Below, piece by piece: positions 34,142-47,158 of a stretch of DNA of 64,000 nt. Under the pieces are notes generated by a model that made no database searches, was not told the origin of the DNA, and saw nothing but the letters and a program-made list of their open reading frames with translations. Made by a program: the position numbers and the translations under genes. The stretch covers positions 5,456,001-5,520,000 of the forward strand of contig CM102290.1 of assembly GCA_046563655.1 (NCBI GenBank), read 5' to 3'. The stretch comes from Yuukianura sp. NJ FZ-2021 (lineage: Eukaryota). Each line of letters begins with the position of its first letter. Positions within the stretch are counted from its first letter, which is position 1.

Positions 34142-35230
34142 ATGTACCGTTGTATGAGACGCCTATTCCGTTGTCCGATGGGTGGGGGTTGTCTCTATAG
34201 CCTGTCCGAGACATCTTGTGAGAAACTGTTCCCATCCAAGACAAGATATAGTCCGTCCCATGTCCAAGTCGCACTTGGATCCTCTTCAAAAGTAGCACGA
34301 CTCTTTGGACACTTCAGTAAGTCACAAATCGTCAATCAGTCACTACCGAACTACATTCAATTACCCAACACTCGACTACTGTCTACAACAATCAAGAGAA
34401 CAATGGCTCAACAACTGACATGCCGACAGAACTACAGTGAGGAGGCAGAGGCCCATGTCAACAAACAGATCAACATGGAACTCTATGCCAGCTACGTCTA
34501 CTTGTCAATGGTAAGTCAACGACAGCCATCTTGGAAACTTTCCACTCCGTTCTTGGTATTGTCATTCGACTTAATTACGACATCTCTTTAAGACTCATTT
34601 TCCAGAAGTTACTAGTCATGTGATTGTTCTCTACGTTTTGACACTGGTTGTATGTTGTAATAATCGACGATTACAAGTCGTCGTGACTGATGCTAGATGT
34701 TAATTTTACATTTTTGTGTTTTAGGCATACTACTTTGACCGTGAGGACGTCGCCCTTCATGGATTTCACAAGTACTTCAAGAAGAGCTCAGACGAGGAAC
34801 GTGAACATGCTGAGAAGCTGATGAAGTACCAAAATCGTCGTGGTGGAAGAATCGTTCTTCAACCGATTGCTAAGCCAACGCGAGACGACTGGTCAGGACC
34901 ACTGGAGGCAATTACAGCCGCCTTGGAACTGGAAAGAACCGTCAATCAGGTAAGTCATCCTCAATTGAACAAACAATGAGATACTACATTAAGCCTCAAG
35001 TTAAGGCATCGTCATGAATACGTTTTTGATTATTCCAGACTCTGCTTGACCTGCACGTTGTGAGTGGTCGGAACGGTGACCCGCATTTGGCTGACTTCTT
35101 GGAGACAGAGTACTTGGATGAGCAGGTCAAGTCCATCAAGGAACTGAGTGATCATATTACCAATTTGAATCGTGTCGGCAAGGGTCTTGGAGAGTTTACC
35201 TATGACAAGGAGCTCCAGTCCAATTCCTAA
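34142..35230 (+). CDS. FTH1: H-type ferritin (174-aa core from ATG 34403) with optional in-frame 87-aa N-terminal extension from ATG 34142
   Basis: Exons 34142/34403-34510, 34725-34949, 35039-35230 (GT-AG, phase 0). RQNY...[31 protein letters not shown]...[21 protein letters not shown]...[16 protein letters not shown]...[23 protein letters not shown]...[11 protein letters not shown]. Ferroxidase ligands intact; no signal peptide. Confidence 0.96.
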
Positions 35231-35410
35231 ATCATCAATTGATTACCAATTCATCAATTTCATTACTGAGAACCACAATCATCCACTTAGGCTGGTCTTC
35301 ATGTCACTTCCCACAAAATTATCCAACTTAAATTTCTACTACTTGTGCCCTTAGGCCCCTTAAGTCTCTCTTTTAGTCTCTCTTATACCATAAACGTCCG
35401 CGTCTCTTCA

Positions 35411-35416
35411 AATAAA
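35411..35416 (+). terminator. Ferritin polyadenylation signal
   Basis: AATAAA 180 nt after the stop codon. Confidence 0.65.
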
Positions 35417-35942
35417 CATTTATGTGGGAACTTACGGTAACATTTTTACTTCATGTTCAATTGATTGTTGTCTGGGTTGAATTAAGTGTTGTCTGGAGCC
35501 ACTTTGGCATGATTATTCCAGGTGATTGGCCATCCACTTTGGAGTTCTGGAGAGGACTTGGTGTCGCTTTATCTCTTAAGGAGTAAAAGTTTACTCTTGA
35601 CCAAAGTGTCACTTTTGTAGTGATAAGTGTGTAGTTATCACTTTGGACGTGGGGTGACGAGGTCATGTGACATGGACAAGGAGTCGGGTGAGTGGACATG
35701 GCCAACCTTTGGACCGTTGTCAACTCACTTGTGGATCCGTGCTTCTTGACATGGAGTCATGCGAGTGAAGTCGAGAGCAAATAACATTTTGGAAACTGAA
35801 GTGTGTTAATCTAATTCATTTCAAATTACGACGACGCTTGGGTAATTATGGAAAGTGGAGGGACATTTTGAATTTGTGTACATGGATATAGAAGTGAAGA
35901 GGCTCTTGAGATTTGTACTTAACCAATTCATTTCATAGAAAC

Positions 35943-36229
35943 CAACGTTGTTTAAATCGAAATTTTGTTTGTTTTTTCTTAATAGGTTATATCATTACTC
36001 ATTTTTTCAAATTTTCAAATTCTTTGAACCGTACATGTGAAGCGGCTCCATTACTTTTCAATTCGAAATCAAAACCATGAGAAAGGGAAAACTAAAAAAT
36101 TTCAAAAAATTTTCGTGAAAACAAACAAAATTATTCCAAAAGTTGTATTTTTTTTTGTATTTAAAAAAAATCGTAGTTATTGCATAACCTGTTATTTCAT
36201 TTGCATAAATGGGCGCTATAGCAACCTTG
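35943..36229. mobile_element. CAAGG-family MITE
   Basis: CAACGTTG...CAACCTTG; perfect 8-bp TSD ATAGAAAC. Confidence 0.85.
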
Positions 36230-36885
36230 ATAGAAACATAGTATTTTTCTAAATTTAGAAACGTTTGTCTGGAAGTACTAATCGTAAGTAGAGTCTTCCT
36301 GTTTCGTACAAAACTGACACAAAATAGAGCGGGAGTGAAAGTCATCTTGCAAACAATAATGTAAAAAAAAGAACTTTCTCCCGACGTCCCAAAAAGTTGA
36401 GATTTTCAACCCCTCGATGTCGCTTTTCACTCATTCGCCAAACCCAACCTTACTTGTTTCAAAATCCAAAATATCTGAGACTCCAAAAACGTTTTTCAAA
36501 AAGCACACAAAATTAAAACTCAGAGTTGGAAATTGTTAAATGTATGAGAAAAAAATAAACATGAAAGAAACTTTCTGAAAACTAGATTTTAGTTCTGAGT
36601 TGGCTCAATTTCATTCAAAGATTCATGCAAAGAACTGAAGCTAATTTTTGTAGAGATATTTTTTTGGTTTGTTTTTGGGGCAATATGAGAAAGTCAAAGC
36701 CTTTTCCCTAAGATATGACTTTCTCCTGTACTTTTTAAAAAATGAATTAAGGAATGCGGCACGTCCATTTTTCTCTGAAATGGAATCGGAAGCAGTGTGT
36801 TGATGATAATTAGTGCAGAAAGTAGTTCGGGAGAATGCGGCGAAAGCGAGGGTTTTTATGACAGAATGACACGAGAGGATGTGAC

Positions 36886-37214
36886 GGTTCCTTGCCATTG
36901 TTCCGAATGAACTGCTGCGAAAGGCATATTCCTCCGAACGATAAATTGCTCCGAAAATACTTTTATATTATACATCTTATAATATCTTATATCTTATATG
37001 TTAGATATTATATTATACATCATTATATATTATCATTATTATTATTTTATGTTTATATGATATGTTATAATGACCAACCATGCCTACCTTGTGATTTTTA
37101 AGGTAAATTATTTACTTACTCTAAACACGTTTATGTAAATTGAATTAATTTCGGAGCAATTGGTTTCGTAGGAATTTATTCGCAGTATTTCTTTCGGAAC
37201 AATGGCGTGCTACC
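36886..37214. mobile_element. Mutator/Merlin-like MITE
   Basis: ~70-bp imperfect TIRs (GG...GCCATTGTTCCGAA...TTGCTCCGAA), GG/CC ends, 9-bp TSD GGATGTGAC/GGCTGTGAC, AT-rich core. Confidence 0.85.
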
Positions 37215-38705
37215 GGCTGTGACTATGGTGGCAGAGATGGGCACCTAACCTTAGTCCAATTATCCTATTTTCCCTACCCAACCGAACAGGAAATTATGTT
37301 CACTCCTTAGCACAGCATTAATTATTCACGTAGAGAAAAACTTTCTCCCGCCATTTTTTAGAAAGGAAATAAAAGACTCCATTCCAAAGTGATTATTACC
37401 TCAGTCGGGACAAGGGGGGAGACTATGTGACATTTAATTAAGTGCAGAGAGAACTTAATGCTAAGTGAGACTACTAGGGGACATACCTTGCCTCCATTTA
37501 AAAAAATAAAAAAAAAGCGTGGGGGGAGATTCGACCCCGCAACGCTACAATCCCAACTCCCTGTCACTTCCACTTCGCTGAAGAAAAAAAGAGAAGAAAA
37601 AAAAATTAATTATGGATGTCAATAATATTTTAATTAAAATTTTGGAGGAAGGGGGTGGCGGGGGAAATTAAAAAGTGAAAAAATGTCGTCATTTATTAGA
37701 GTCTAAAATGTTTATGTAACAAAGTAGTAAGTAGAAGGGGGAGCACGTTCATTAAGATGACATAAATATTAATTTCCGAGTCGGGATGGGGCAAAGTGCG
37801 ACTGGATCTAAAAAGGCTCTCTTTTAAATTTTACCGCACTTTCTTCCAGCAGCCTCCTTCCAACAATTTCTCACTTCCGTATTAATTTCCTCCCGTTTTA
37901 CTCTAACAATTTCCCATTCTCTCCTAATTAACTCATTCCCCCAAAAACCCACGTCTCTTGACCTCCCTTTTTTAATAAAAATTAAAACTTTCGCGCCGAA
38001 AGCGCGTCAACTTTCTCCTCCCTTCTCTGCAGGACCGGAACGCTTTTTAAAACGGCCTTTAGTCATTTTGGTGGATTTTGTGACTTTGTCTGTCTTTTGT
38101 GTTCAAATTTTGAATTTGTGCAGTGTGAAAGTGTGATTAATTGGGCTGAGAGAAAGCGCGGGATTTGAAAGTTTGAATTTTGGGCGGAAGTGAAAGTTGG
38201 CTGATAGTTTTAATTATAAGACAGAAGGATTATTATTCCAAACTTCTCACTTTCCCTAAATTTGTACACCATGGCCCAAAAGTCAGGTCCAATTTATCCC
38301 TTCCTAATGCACAATCCATGTTACCTCCTAATCTTAAGCATGGTGGGCCCCACCGAAAGTTTTGGGCCCACCAGTGACCTTGAACAGCCCCACGTGACTT
38401 GACTGTTCCCGTGGTGGGGATGTAAGGTGAAGTTAATTGTGAACGTGAAGTGGCGGGAGATTTGAAGCGACGTTGATCCTGTCCTAATCTCTGCAACTTT
38501 CTCACAAGATCCGCAACAAGCAACAACCGGCAAAACAACAACTTCCGAGACACTCACAGATAAACGCCAAATCCCCCTCAACATCCACTCACAACGACCA
38601 ATCAGACCTTGAAACTTAACACATCACTTTAACTCGATTAATAACACCGGGTTTCATTATCAACACATATAGTACTTGGATTTGAGCAAGTGACAAGTTA
38701 TGTTT

Positions 38706-39050
38706 GCCACTTCCACTGGATACCCACTGGAAGAAATCCAACCGAAATGGATAAAACTTTTAGTGGATGGAAGAAATTAAGAATTTAGCGCGAAATTCAA
38801 AAAAATTCAAGTTTAAAATGACAAAATTATATACAAAAGAGTTTCTTTTATCGTTAATATTAATCATTATTTAAAACTATATTTCCTTTGTTTTTGTACG
38901 GTATTTTGAATTGTTTAAGCTTTTTGTATTTAATTAATTGAAACGCCGCTGGCAAAGCTCCGCCCCTTTGGATTAATCTATTTCGTCCATTTCTTCCACT
39001 GGATATTCAGCCGTGGACAAAATTTGAAAAAAGTGGATATCCAGCAACTG
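38706..39050. mobile_element. hAT-like MITE, truncated inverted copy of 26588-26975
   Basis: Colinear with 32810-33165; left terminus missing. Confidence 0.85.
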
Positions 39051-41651
39051 TGTGAGTGTGTTGGTGTATGAGGCGAGTGTTAAAAAGAGAACGTGAGTGT
39101 AGGTATGTTGAGGTTGTTGGAGGTTGTAATTGACTTCTAAAGTGTAATAGAGATAAGTCCTCTGGTAATCATTTGAAAAACTAACACCACTTCCCCTTAT
39201 CTCTTTTTCTAAATCCCGCATTCCCTCCGTGTGTCCTGGAATGTGCCAAGTGCCTCCTCAGCTACTTTCTCCACCCGCATAATCACCAACATCATCCACA
39301 ACTACACTTACTCCAAACTACTTCCACCCTCAGACATCACCACTCGCACAATGCCCAACATTAACAAAGGTTACTCAGTTACAGTCACAAAGAGCAGTTA
39401 CACTCTCAAACCCCAGTTAAAGTCAAAAACTTAAGTGTGGCTCACAAATTGAAGTCAGAAAATGGTCAGAAATTGAAGTCAGCAGTCAAAAAGTGGTCAG
39501 AATTTGAAGTGATAAGGACAGAAACTGAGGACATTAAAAAATATTGCAAATTTTTAAATTTTTGCTTAACTCATTTCACAAAACTTTAGCCAGAGAGTTA
39601 GGAATTTTCGTTTTTTTTTTTAAATTTTTAACTAACTTTTAACTAATCTATAAATATCGGTTTCCGAAAGTTCAAAAATTACGAGAACCTGGATGAATTT
39701 CTAGGAGGTGAATAATCTATTATGTGGATGAAATGCAAGCTTAAACATGAGGAATTGATTGTTTGCAATTTGAAAATGGTTTGGCGGGAAATGAATTGTG
39801 TTTGAATGTAATTGTGTTAGTGGAAGTGCGGGTAATGAGTGTGAGGGAGCCTAGTTAGCCTAATCCTTGGGGTTGATGTTTGGTTTTGACTGTGGACTTG
39901 GCATAAAGTGCGGTGTTGGGGTAATCAGGGGAGAAAGTGGTGGTTGGAGCGCAGACGCCAGAAATGAAAGACTATTTAGTCAAAAGACGAATCTGATACT
40001 CCAACAGTTACATCTCAACTGCTACAAAGTGAAAGTCACTCCAACCCCCGCACTATGGCCAAGTACCCACCTCACCCCCACCCCTCAACCACCTAACACT
40101 CACCCCCAATCAAGTCCATCTCTCTCCAAACACCAAGTACCCACACGTAAGTCACAAATTTCAACATTTCAAACATTTTTTTTCAAAATTTTCAAATTTT
40201 CTGCTTTTTTTGATTTTGAAAAGTTAGATTGAATCGTAGGGGGGGGGCCTGTAGAGAGGGGGGGAGGGTTAGCTCATAAGGGATTCCAATGTCGTCTATC
40301 CCTGATTGCATGTCATTATCTCTGTGAAGCCGATTTGGCGGAGAAAGCCACTTTCTCCTTCAAACTTTCCCGCTGCGGCCTAAGGGACTCCCAATAATTT
40401 CTCAAAAGATCCAAATGAGACTTCCAACCCCCCCCCCCATCTAATTACTTTCCACCTCACACCCCCCCCCTCCCGTTGGGGGGGGGGCAACTAATCCACC
40501 CCCTCCACCCAATTATTAATTAGTTTCAATCTCACAACTCCCTTCAACTTCCACAAGGCCCATTAAAACAGAGGGCACGCGGGACTCATCTGCTTTCTCT
40601 CCTCCAAAAATTAACTACTTTCTTCCTCCCGCTCTTTTTTTTCCAAAAAGGAACAAAAAGTTTTACGTTTTTAATAACGTAATTTTGAAGTTGTGAAAGT
40701 GGAGAAATTGAGTCCAAAGAAAAACTTGTTCAATTTTTCTAGTTTTTAAGAAATTGATGTTTTCTCACTTACACTTTCAGTTTTGAAGAAAATTGAGAGC
40801 GGAGAGTTTAATTTAATACTTTTTTGACTTGTGGCGGGAGTAACTAATGTGCCAGGAAAATTTGAAATTTGTGCTAAAAAGTTGTTCAACGTGTCGGTTT
40901 TTCCAAGGCTTCTCCACTCACTTTATTAAAGTATCAAAAACTTCGTCATTTTTCCTCGACTTTTTTTTTGAGAAAGTTATAAGCATAAATGAGGTCCAAA
41001 TTGAATAGAGTGCTCCAAACTTTGAAAATTTTGAATAAGAAAATTTTGAATTTTCAAATGCGTCATTTGTGTCCGATTCCCGCTCTTTTTAAAAAGATTT
41101 TTTTAGAGTTGCCTGTCATTAGGAAGTCTTGTGCTTCGTCAGCTTCTGCGAATATCAATGTCAATGGACGACCGTCCATAGTGTCCGTCCATCAAAAAAG
41201 TTGGAAAGTCTGAATTTTAATGATGAGTCCTTGGGAGGAAGACAGTTTATTGTCAATTTCCCTCTGGCCTTATTCTTATTTACAAAATTTCCAAAAAAAA
41301 ATTTTGGAGGGAGATTTTTTTTTTGAAAAAGTCACAGTTAGGCTCGTTAGGCCCGTACTTGAGATGCTTTCCCGCTTCCTGTGTAATGGTCATCTCAAAA
41401 CATCATTAGACTCACCTCAAACAACGCTTCAAAGGAACTCAAAACTCACATTTCAAATTTTCCCTCTCTCTCCCGATACCAGCCTCATCATTAGCCTTCC
41501 CTCTCAACAAGAATCCGTTTCACGGTCGATCCCCACTGACCTTTCATTTTTTTTATAAACTTGGAAACAGGTGATTGGACCCAATTTTGAAAAAATCCGA
41601 ACACTTTTGAAAAAAGAGAAAGTTTGATTTTCAATTTTGGACGCTCTTTAG

Positions 41652-41896
41652 CAAGGTTTGTTGAATTTTATTTTCTTTAACAGGTTGGGTAATATCTCAT
41701 GCTTTTTCGATTTTGCAAAAAAAGAAGTGTCTTTTCGTTTCATGGTATCGTAGTCATAACAATATAGCCGAATTTTTTAATTTTTGCATACAAATTGGTA
41801 CTAAAATTGGTACCAATTTTTTTTCGTTTTTCTGTATATTTTGCGCGGTAGTACCTAACCTGTTACAGAAAAGTTTTTTGTTGTCAGGGAACCTTG
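41652..41896. mobile_element. CAAGG-family MITE (inverted relative to the 11932 copy)
   Basis: Perfect 8-bp TSD CTCTTTAG. Confidence 0.93.
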
Positions 41897-42557
41897 CTCT
41901 TTAGTTAAAAGTTTTTGTAAAATCCATTTAGTTGACAAAACTGAAAAGTTTTTGAAAAATAATGAAAAGAGAAAGTTGTTTAATTTTTTGTTGTTAAAAA
42001 CAAAGCTTTTGTGACAAAGATTCAATTTGACAGTTCTATTTCCGGCGGGCGGGTGAAAGTTTGAATTTTGAAAGAGCGGATTAAATTTGAAGGGAGAGTC
42101 CTTAAAGGGCCCTCTTTAAGGCAGAGCATTTAAGAGGAGAGTGAGGGGGGTACTTAAGGCCCCCCACCCCTTCACCCCCCAAGTGCGGGATATGACGGAA
42201 GGCGTAATTGAGCCTTTGTTTCTTGCGAGGCGGAGGAAGGAGAAAGAAGAGAAATTATTTATTTCATTGTGAGAGGATGAAAGTCTTAATTATGATACTT
42301 GGAAAATAATTTATTTATGACTTCCATTGTGTTCCAAACGGAAGGGAAACTTTCTCTTTTGTCTCCCGCCAAAACTTCCCTTTTGAACTCTGGGCGCACT
42401 TTTGTTTGTACACTTTAATTTCAGCCCTAATTTGATAAGAACTTTCTCCACTCAGCCACTTTCTTCCATTTACACGCACAAAGAATCTCCACTTTCCCCA
42501 GTCACAGGAATTCCCACCAATTCCCACTCTCTCCCTCATCTCTTCCTTTTCACATCA

Positions 42558-42685
42558 AAAAACTAAACTAACTTTAAAGTTAGGCTCAAAAACTAGCCTA
42601 ACTTTAATGTTAGGCTGAAAAACTAGCCTAACTTTAATGTTAGGCCAAAAAACTAACGTAAGTTGAAGTTATGTTCAGGTTAGGC
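42558..42685. repeat. 30-bp tandem repeat AAAACTAGCCTAACTTTAATGTTAGGC
   Basis: 3-4 units, each with an internal GCCTAAC/GTTAGGC inverted repeat. Confidence 0.8.
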
Positions 42686-43903
42686 CAAGAAGTGAAAGAG
42701 AAAGAAAGTTTGGAGAAAGTTGTTGCAACAGTTTGCGGAGAACAGAATGGTTGAAGTTGCATATTTGCATATTTTTGGTCCATTTACTCAAGGAATTAGC
42801 GGAAAACAAAGATGAGTTTCAAAAGTGAAAGTTTGAATTCTGGTGCTCTTTTGTTAAAAAGCGAAGCTGTGGAGCCGAAGGCGTGACACCCAGAATTTAT
42901 TGACCTTGGGAGGGGAGGTCATTTTGTCGAAAGAGTTTAAGGAAATGTGCTGAATTTGTCGGAAATGGAAAAATTACACAAAGAAAGTGGCGGAGTAAGT
43001 GGAAACCCTGAGCATGTATTTTTTTAGCCCAGAGGAGTAGCGGTCATTGCCGGAGCAAAAGAAGAGAAAGTGTCCCTTATCTTTTTTTTCAAAGTTTAAC
43101 AAGGAAATTCCTTCTGAGAAGAAACAGAAATAGGCGGTTGAAAAAATGTTTGTCACCTCGACTCAATTTGATTTTTATCAGGAAAAATAGATGGGCAAGT
43201 TTTCTTTTTGTGCGGAACTCTTTACACACCTTGGAAGAAAAGAGAGAGGGGCTGGTTGGGAGAAAAAGAGAAAGTTTTGGTCTTTTCCCAATTCTGCTCG
43301 TGCCACTGAGCACATCAACAATTTTAACGCCATTCAACGCCGTTTCTCCCTCCGCCTTCATCCCAAGTGCAGAAAGCAATACCTTTCTCAGCACAGCGGT
43401 CTGGGTGCAGATTAAATCTTTGGCTGCTATTGTATACACAAAATCCCATTTTTCCTTCTGCTTCCGAACAAGGACCTCAAATTCCAATTTCTTTTGGGAA
43501 TCGATTATGCCTTCACCCATTCAAGATTGCCCATTTCCAGTTACTCCCGCCACCCAAACTCTCCCGCTCCTGCCACTCTCCTCCTTTCGGCCACTGACCA
43601 GTTTGTTTTTGGAGGGAGTAACTATTCCTTATGGCACTAACGAAATGACCAGTTTGTTTTTGGAGGGAGTAACTATTCCTCATGTCACTAAGGAAATGTC
43701 ACCTCGGAAGTTACCACGTTCCTTTTGGAGAGAATAACTATATCATTGGCCACCTCTAAAATGAGCATTTTGTTTTGGAGGGAGTAACTATTTCAATGTT
43801 TTAGTAGAAAGTTTTCTGCAGTAAAGAGAAAGTGACAACAGCTCATTGCATAGAGGATGAAGAAAAAGAAACAATTTACTTTTTTTTTCACTTTGCAGAC
43901 TTG

Positions 43904-46757
43904 ATGGAGATGATGATGAACGTCAAGTCTGAACCTACGCAAAATATGGATGTGCCCAAGGACTGTGCAGGGTGCGGCAAAAAAATTACAGACAGGTTCG
44001 TTTTTCAGGATTTATTTTGTGTTTTATCTGCTTTGCACTTTTGGCGCGAAAATTTCCCGTTTTCTGGAGTTTCTCCAACGCTTGCCATCAAGGAGATTGA
44101 CAATTCCGCGGCAGAAATGATTTTATTTTTGCCGGCAGAAATGATTTCCTTTTTGCCGGCAGAAATGACTTCCTTTTTGCCGGCAGAAATGACTACCTTT
44201 TTGCCGGCAGAAATGATTTCCTTTTTGCCGGCAGAAATGACTTGCAATATTCTGTTTTGCGTAGGTTTCTGTTGAAGAGTCTTGAGCGATACTGGCACGA
44301 GTCCTGTCTGCGATGTTCCTGTTGCCAGTGCTGCTTGGCTGAAATCGGGAACACGCTGTACACTAAGGCATCACTAATTCTCTGCAAACGGGACTACTTA
44401 AGACTCTTCGGAAGTACTGGGTACTGCGCAGCATGTTGCAAAGTACTGCCAATACTTTTAAAAAATTTAAACAAAAGTTGAATCTGTTCAGCAACACTTT
44501 TTTAAATTATTAATTTGGGAACTATTACTCTTTCCAGGTGATTCCGAGTTTCGAAATGGTGAGTTCCAAAATTTTAGTCTTAAAATTTTGAAATTTTAGT
44601 TTTCAAGTTTTGAAATTTTTTGAAATTTAGATGAAATATGAAAACGATTTTGAATAATCGTTGCAGGTGATGAGAGCGCGGTCAAATATTTACCATTTGG
44701 AGTGCTTTGCTTGTCAGCAGTGCAGTCATCGGTAAGTGTACATTTTCCAAAATTTCGAAATTTCAACTTTTTCTTTTTGAGAGCAACTCAATCAAGGTGG
44801 ATAAAAAAGAAATATTTTCCTTTAACAGGTTAGGTAATAACTCGAGCTTTAAGTTTTTTGCCAAAAATTTTCAAAAGTGAATTTACCTAATTTCAACCGC
44901 GGTTGGTATGGTAAACGGAATTAAAAATTCGGAGAGATGGCTTTTAAATTGGCAAATTCAAAGTAGAAAAAAGTAAAAGGTAGAAAAAATTGTTTGACTC
45001 AAGATTTTTCGAAAAGAAGACTTACTGCCTAACCTGTTAAAGGAAAAGTATTTCGTTGCTATAGCAACCTTGACTCTAGTTTTAAGTTGAAACTAAGTTA
45101 ACAAAGTGCCTAACGTAATGTGAAGTGTGGTTAATGCGTGGAGTGTGTTGGTTAGGAAGTGGCTGTCGCACCCTCTGGTCCCTCGAGGGTGAAAGTCAAC
45201 TGGAGGGAAATTAAAATTGAAAATTTGATTGTTATCAGATAATGAATCACGTGCGACGAAGGGAACGCACATCTCTGCCCAACACTCGTCGTGGGATTAG
45301 AGTCCCACCCACATTTAATAACTTCGGCCCCACCAAAACCAACAATAAGCCCCACCTAACACAACTTCTGCTTCGGATTTGAATCTCATAAATTTATTCC
45401 CGCTCTGTATTTCGGCCCAACCTAAATCATTTCTTTTGACACAAAGCTTCCAATTGACTCTGGTCACTTCCAACCCTCAACTTTCACAAAAAAAAATCAA
45501 CTTTTTTTTAAAAAGTAGCCCCCTCAACTTTTTTTTTGACTTTTTCTAAATCACTTTCTTGCGTGGGAGACACACGTTACGGAGGCAATTATGCACGCAA
45601 ACGGAACAGAAAAAAATCGGTGAAAGTACAAGTGTGGACGGAACATTCAAAAAAACGAACAAAAAATTGACTTTTGGAAAACACATTTTTCCGTTCCGCC
45701 CAAAACACAATGTAACTTCTCACCTTCAAACTTTTTTTTTACTTTTTACGCGGTCTTTTCAAAAAGTAGTTGAAAAGGTCAACTTTTTTAAAATTGAATT
45801 TTAAAAATTATGAGAAAAAAAAGCTAAAAATTAATGAATTCCAGTTGAGCAGTTTTTATGTGAACGGAGAGTGTAAGCCTTGACACACTTCTGGTTGTTC
45901 GATGATCGCTGGATGTGAAGGGTCCCCCTGGCAAAGGGGACCCTTAACAACGAAAGGGGGGCCCTTTGAAACGGAATAAAGTGGCGAACTGTGATTCCAT
46001 TGATACACAATCATAAATCAGTTAAGTCTCATTCATGGCCAAATCGAGCACTCAAGCGTCCCTCAACCATTTCAAGTCACGTCAGTTCTTTGAGGCACCG
46101 AACTGACAAAATCAAATTGAAATTTAGCCGCTTTCTCCCCACTAAATTTTCCCGCCAAAATCAAAAACATGTCCAGACATGACATGATTTTGACCAAGGT
46201 TCCTTGACAACCGAATTGTATTTCCTACATCAGGTTGTCCAATAACTCGGTGTATTCAAAACTCTTGCTTCGAACAGTTTTTCACTACATTTTTTGTTGG
46301 TATTCCTCAATTTTTTCAAGCTAAATTGCAAGGGAATATAAAAGAAGTGGACAAAAGTCAAAAATTTTCATAGAAGTGGAGGTGAAGTTTAACCGTTTTC
46401 AGTTTTCAAAATTTTTGCACAAACTAGAAAAACTCGAGTTATTGGACAACCTGGTGTAGAAAACGAAACATTTTCTTTGTTTACGAACCTTGATTTTGAC
46501 CTTGGCATGTTTTTAACTCTTAGATTCTGCATCGGAGAGAACTTTGCAATTTTTAACAACCGAATTCTGTGTGAACAAGACTACCAAAACTTAATTCTGA
46601 GCAGCGACGAAACGACGACGTACAAACAGCAGCAACAACATCATCATCGCCCGGAAGCCGTAAGTTTTAAGAACCTTGCATGTTCAACTATAGTTTTCAA
46701 AAGTTAAAATTGGGTTAAAAAGTTAAAACATTTTTAACATTTTAGTTTCTGAGGTGA
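43904..46757 (+). CDS. Bx: LIM-domain-only protein, Beadex/LMO1-3 type (paralogue A)
   Basis: Exons 43899 (ATG 43904)-43995, 44265-44442, 44538-44558 (21 nt), 44667-44731, 46524-46659, and a tentative last exon 46746-46757 (FLR*). CAGCGKKITDRFLLKSLERYWHESCLRCSCC...CKRDYLRLFGSTGYCAACCKVIPSFEMVMRARSNIYHLECFACQQCSHRFCIGE...ILCEQDY. First and last exons uncertain. Confidence 0.93.
44108..44242. repeat. 24-bp tandem repeat GCCGGCAGAAATGATTTCCTTTTT in an LMO-A intron
   Basis: 5-6 near-identical units. Confidence 0.93.
44793..45072. mobile_element. CAAGG-family MITE in LMO-A intron
   Basis: CAAGGTGG...CAACCTTG, subterminal TTTAACAGGTTAGG/CCTAACCTGTTAAA; TSD decayed. Confidence 0.8.
46195..46492. 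mobile_element. CAAGG-family MITE ending 31 nt before an LMO-A exon
   Basis: Perfect 8-bp TSD ATTTTGAC; subterminal CAGGTTGTCCAATAACTCG/CGAGTTATTGGACAACCTG. Confidence 0.93.
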
Positions 46758-47158
46758 GGTCATTAAGTTTTGCGATTTGATCGAAAGAAATTAAACTGGG
46801 TCAGAAGTTGAGTTTTTTTGGAACAGAGTTTTTATGAGGCTATTTAAAAATCCAGTTTTTAGAAAAAGAAAGTTTTTGTTTGAACACAGGCTACAAATGG
46901 GGAAAGTTGTGAGTAATTCCTTTGATTTCAGATCACGCAAAACTGAGCTTAAGCATTTGGGGGGAGGAAGGAGGTGCGGAGCATGAGGGGGTGGTGGGGG
47001 GTGTTCCTTTGACACCGTGACGTGCCGTTTCCACTCCTTTTTCAAGCGGCAAAACATTCAAATTCAAAATTCATCAAGGTTTCTCCCGCCACGACTCAAG
47101 CTATTCGGAAGTCAAGGCCGCCTGACCCCTGAACCCCCGAACCCCTTAAACCATCAAC

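Noticed and set aside
34305..34328. Possible iron-responsive element (ACTT-CAGT-AAGT) upstream of the ferritin core ATG
   Set aside because: Loop is not CAGUGN and there is no 5-bp upper stem with bulged C; fits an initiator TCAGT better.
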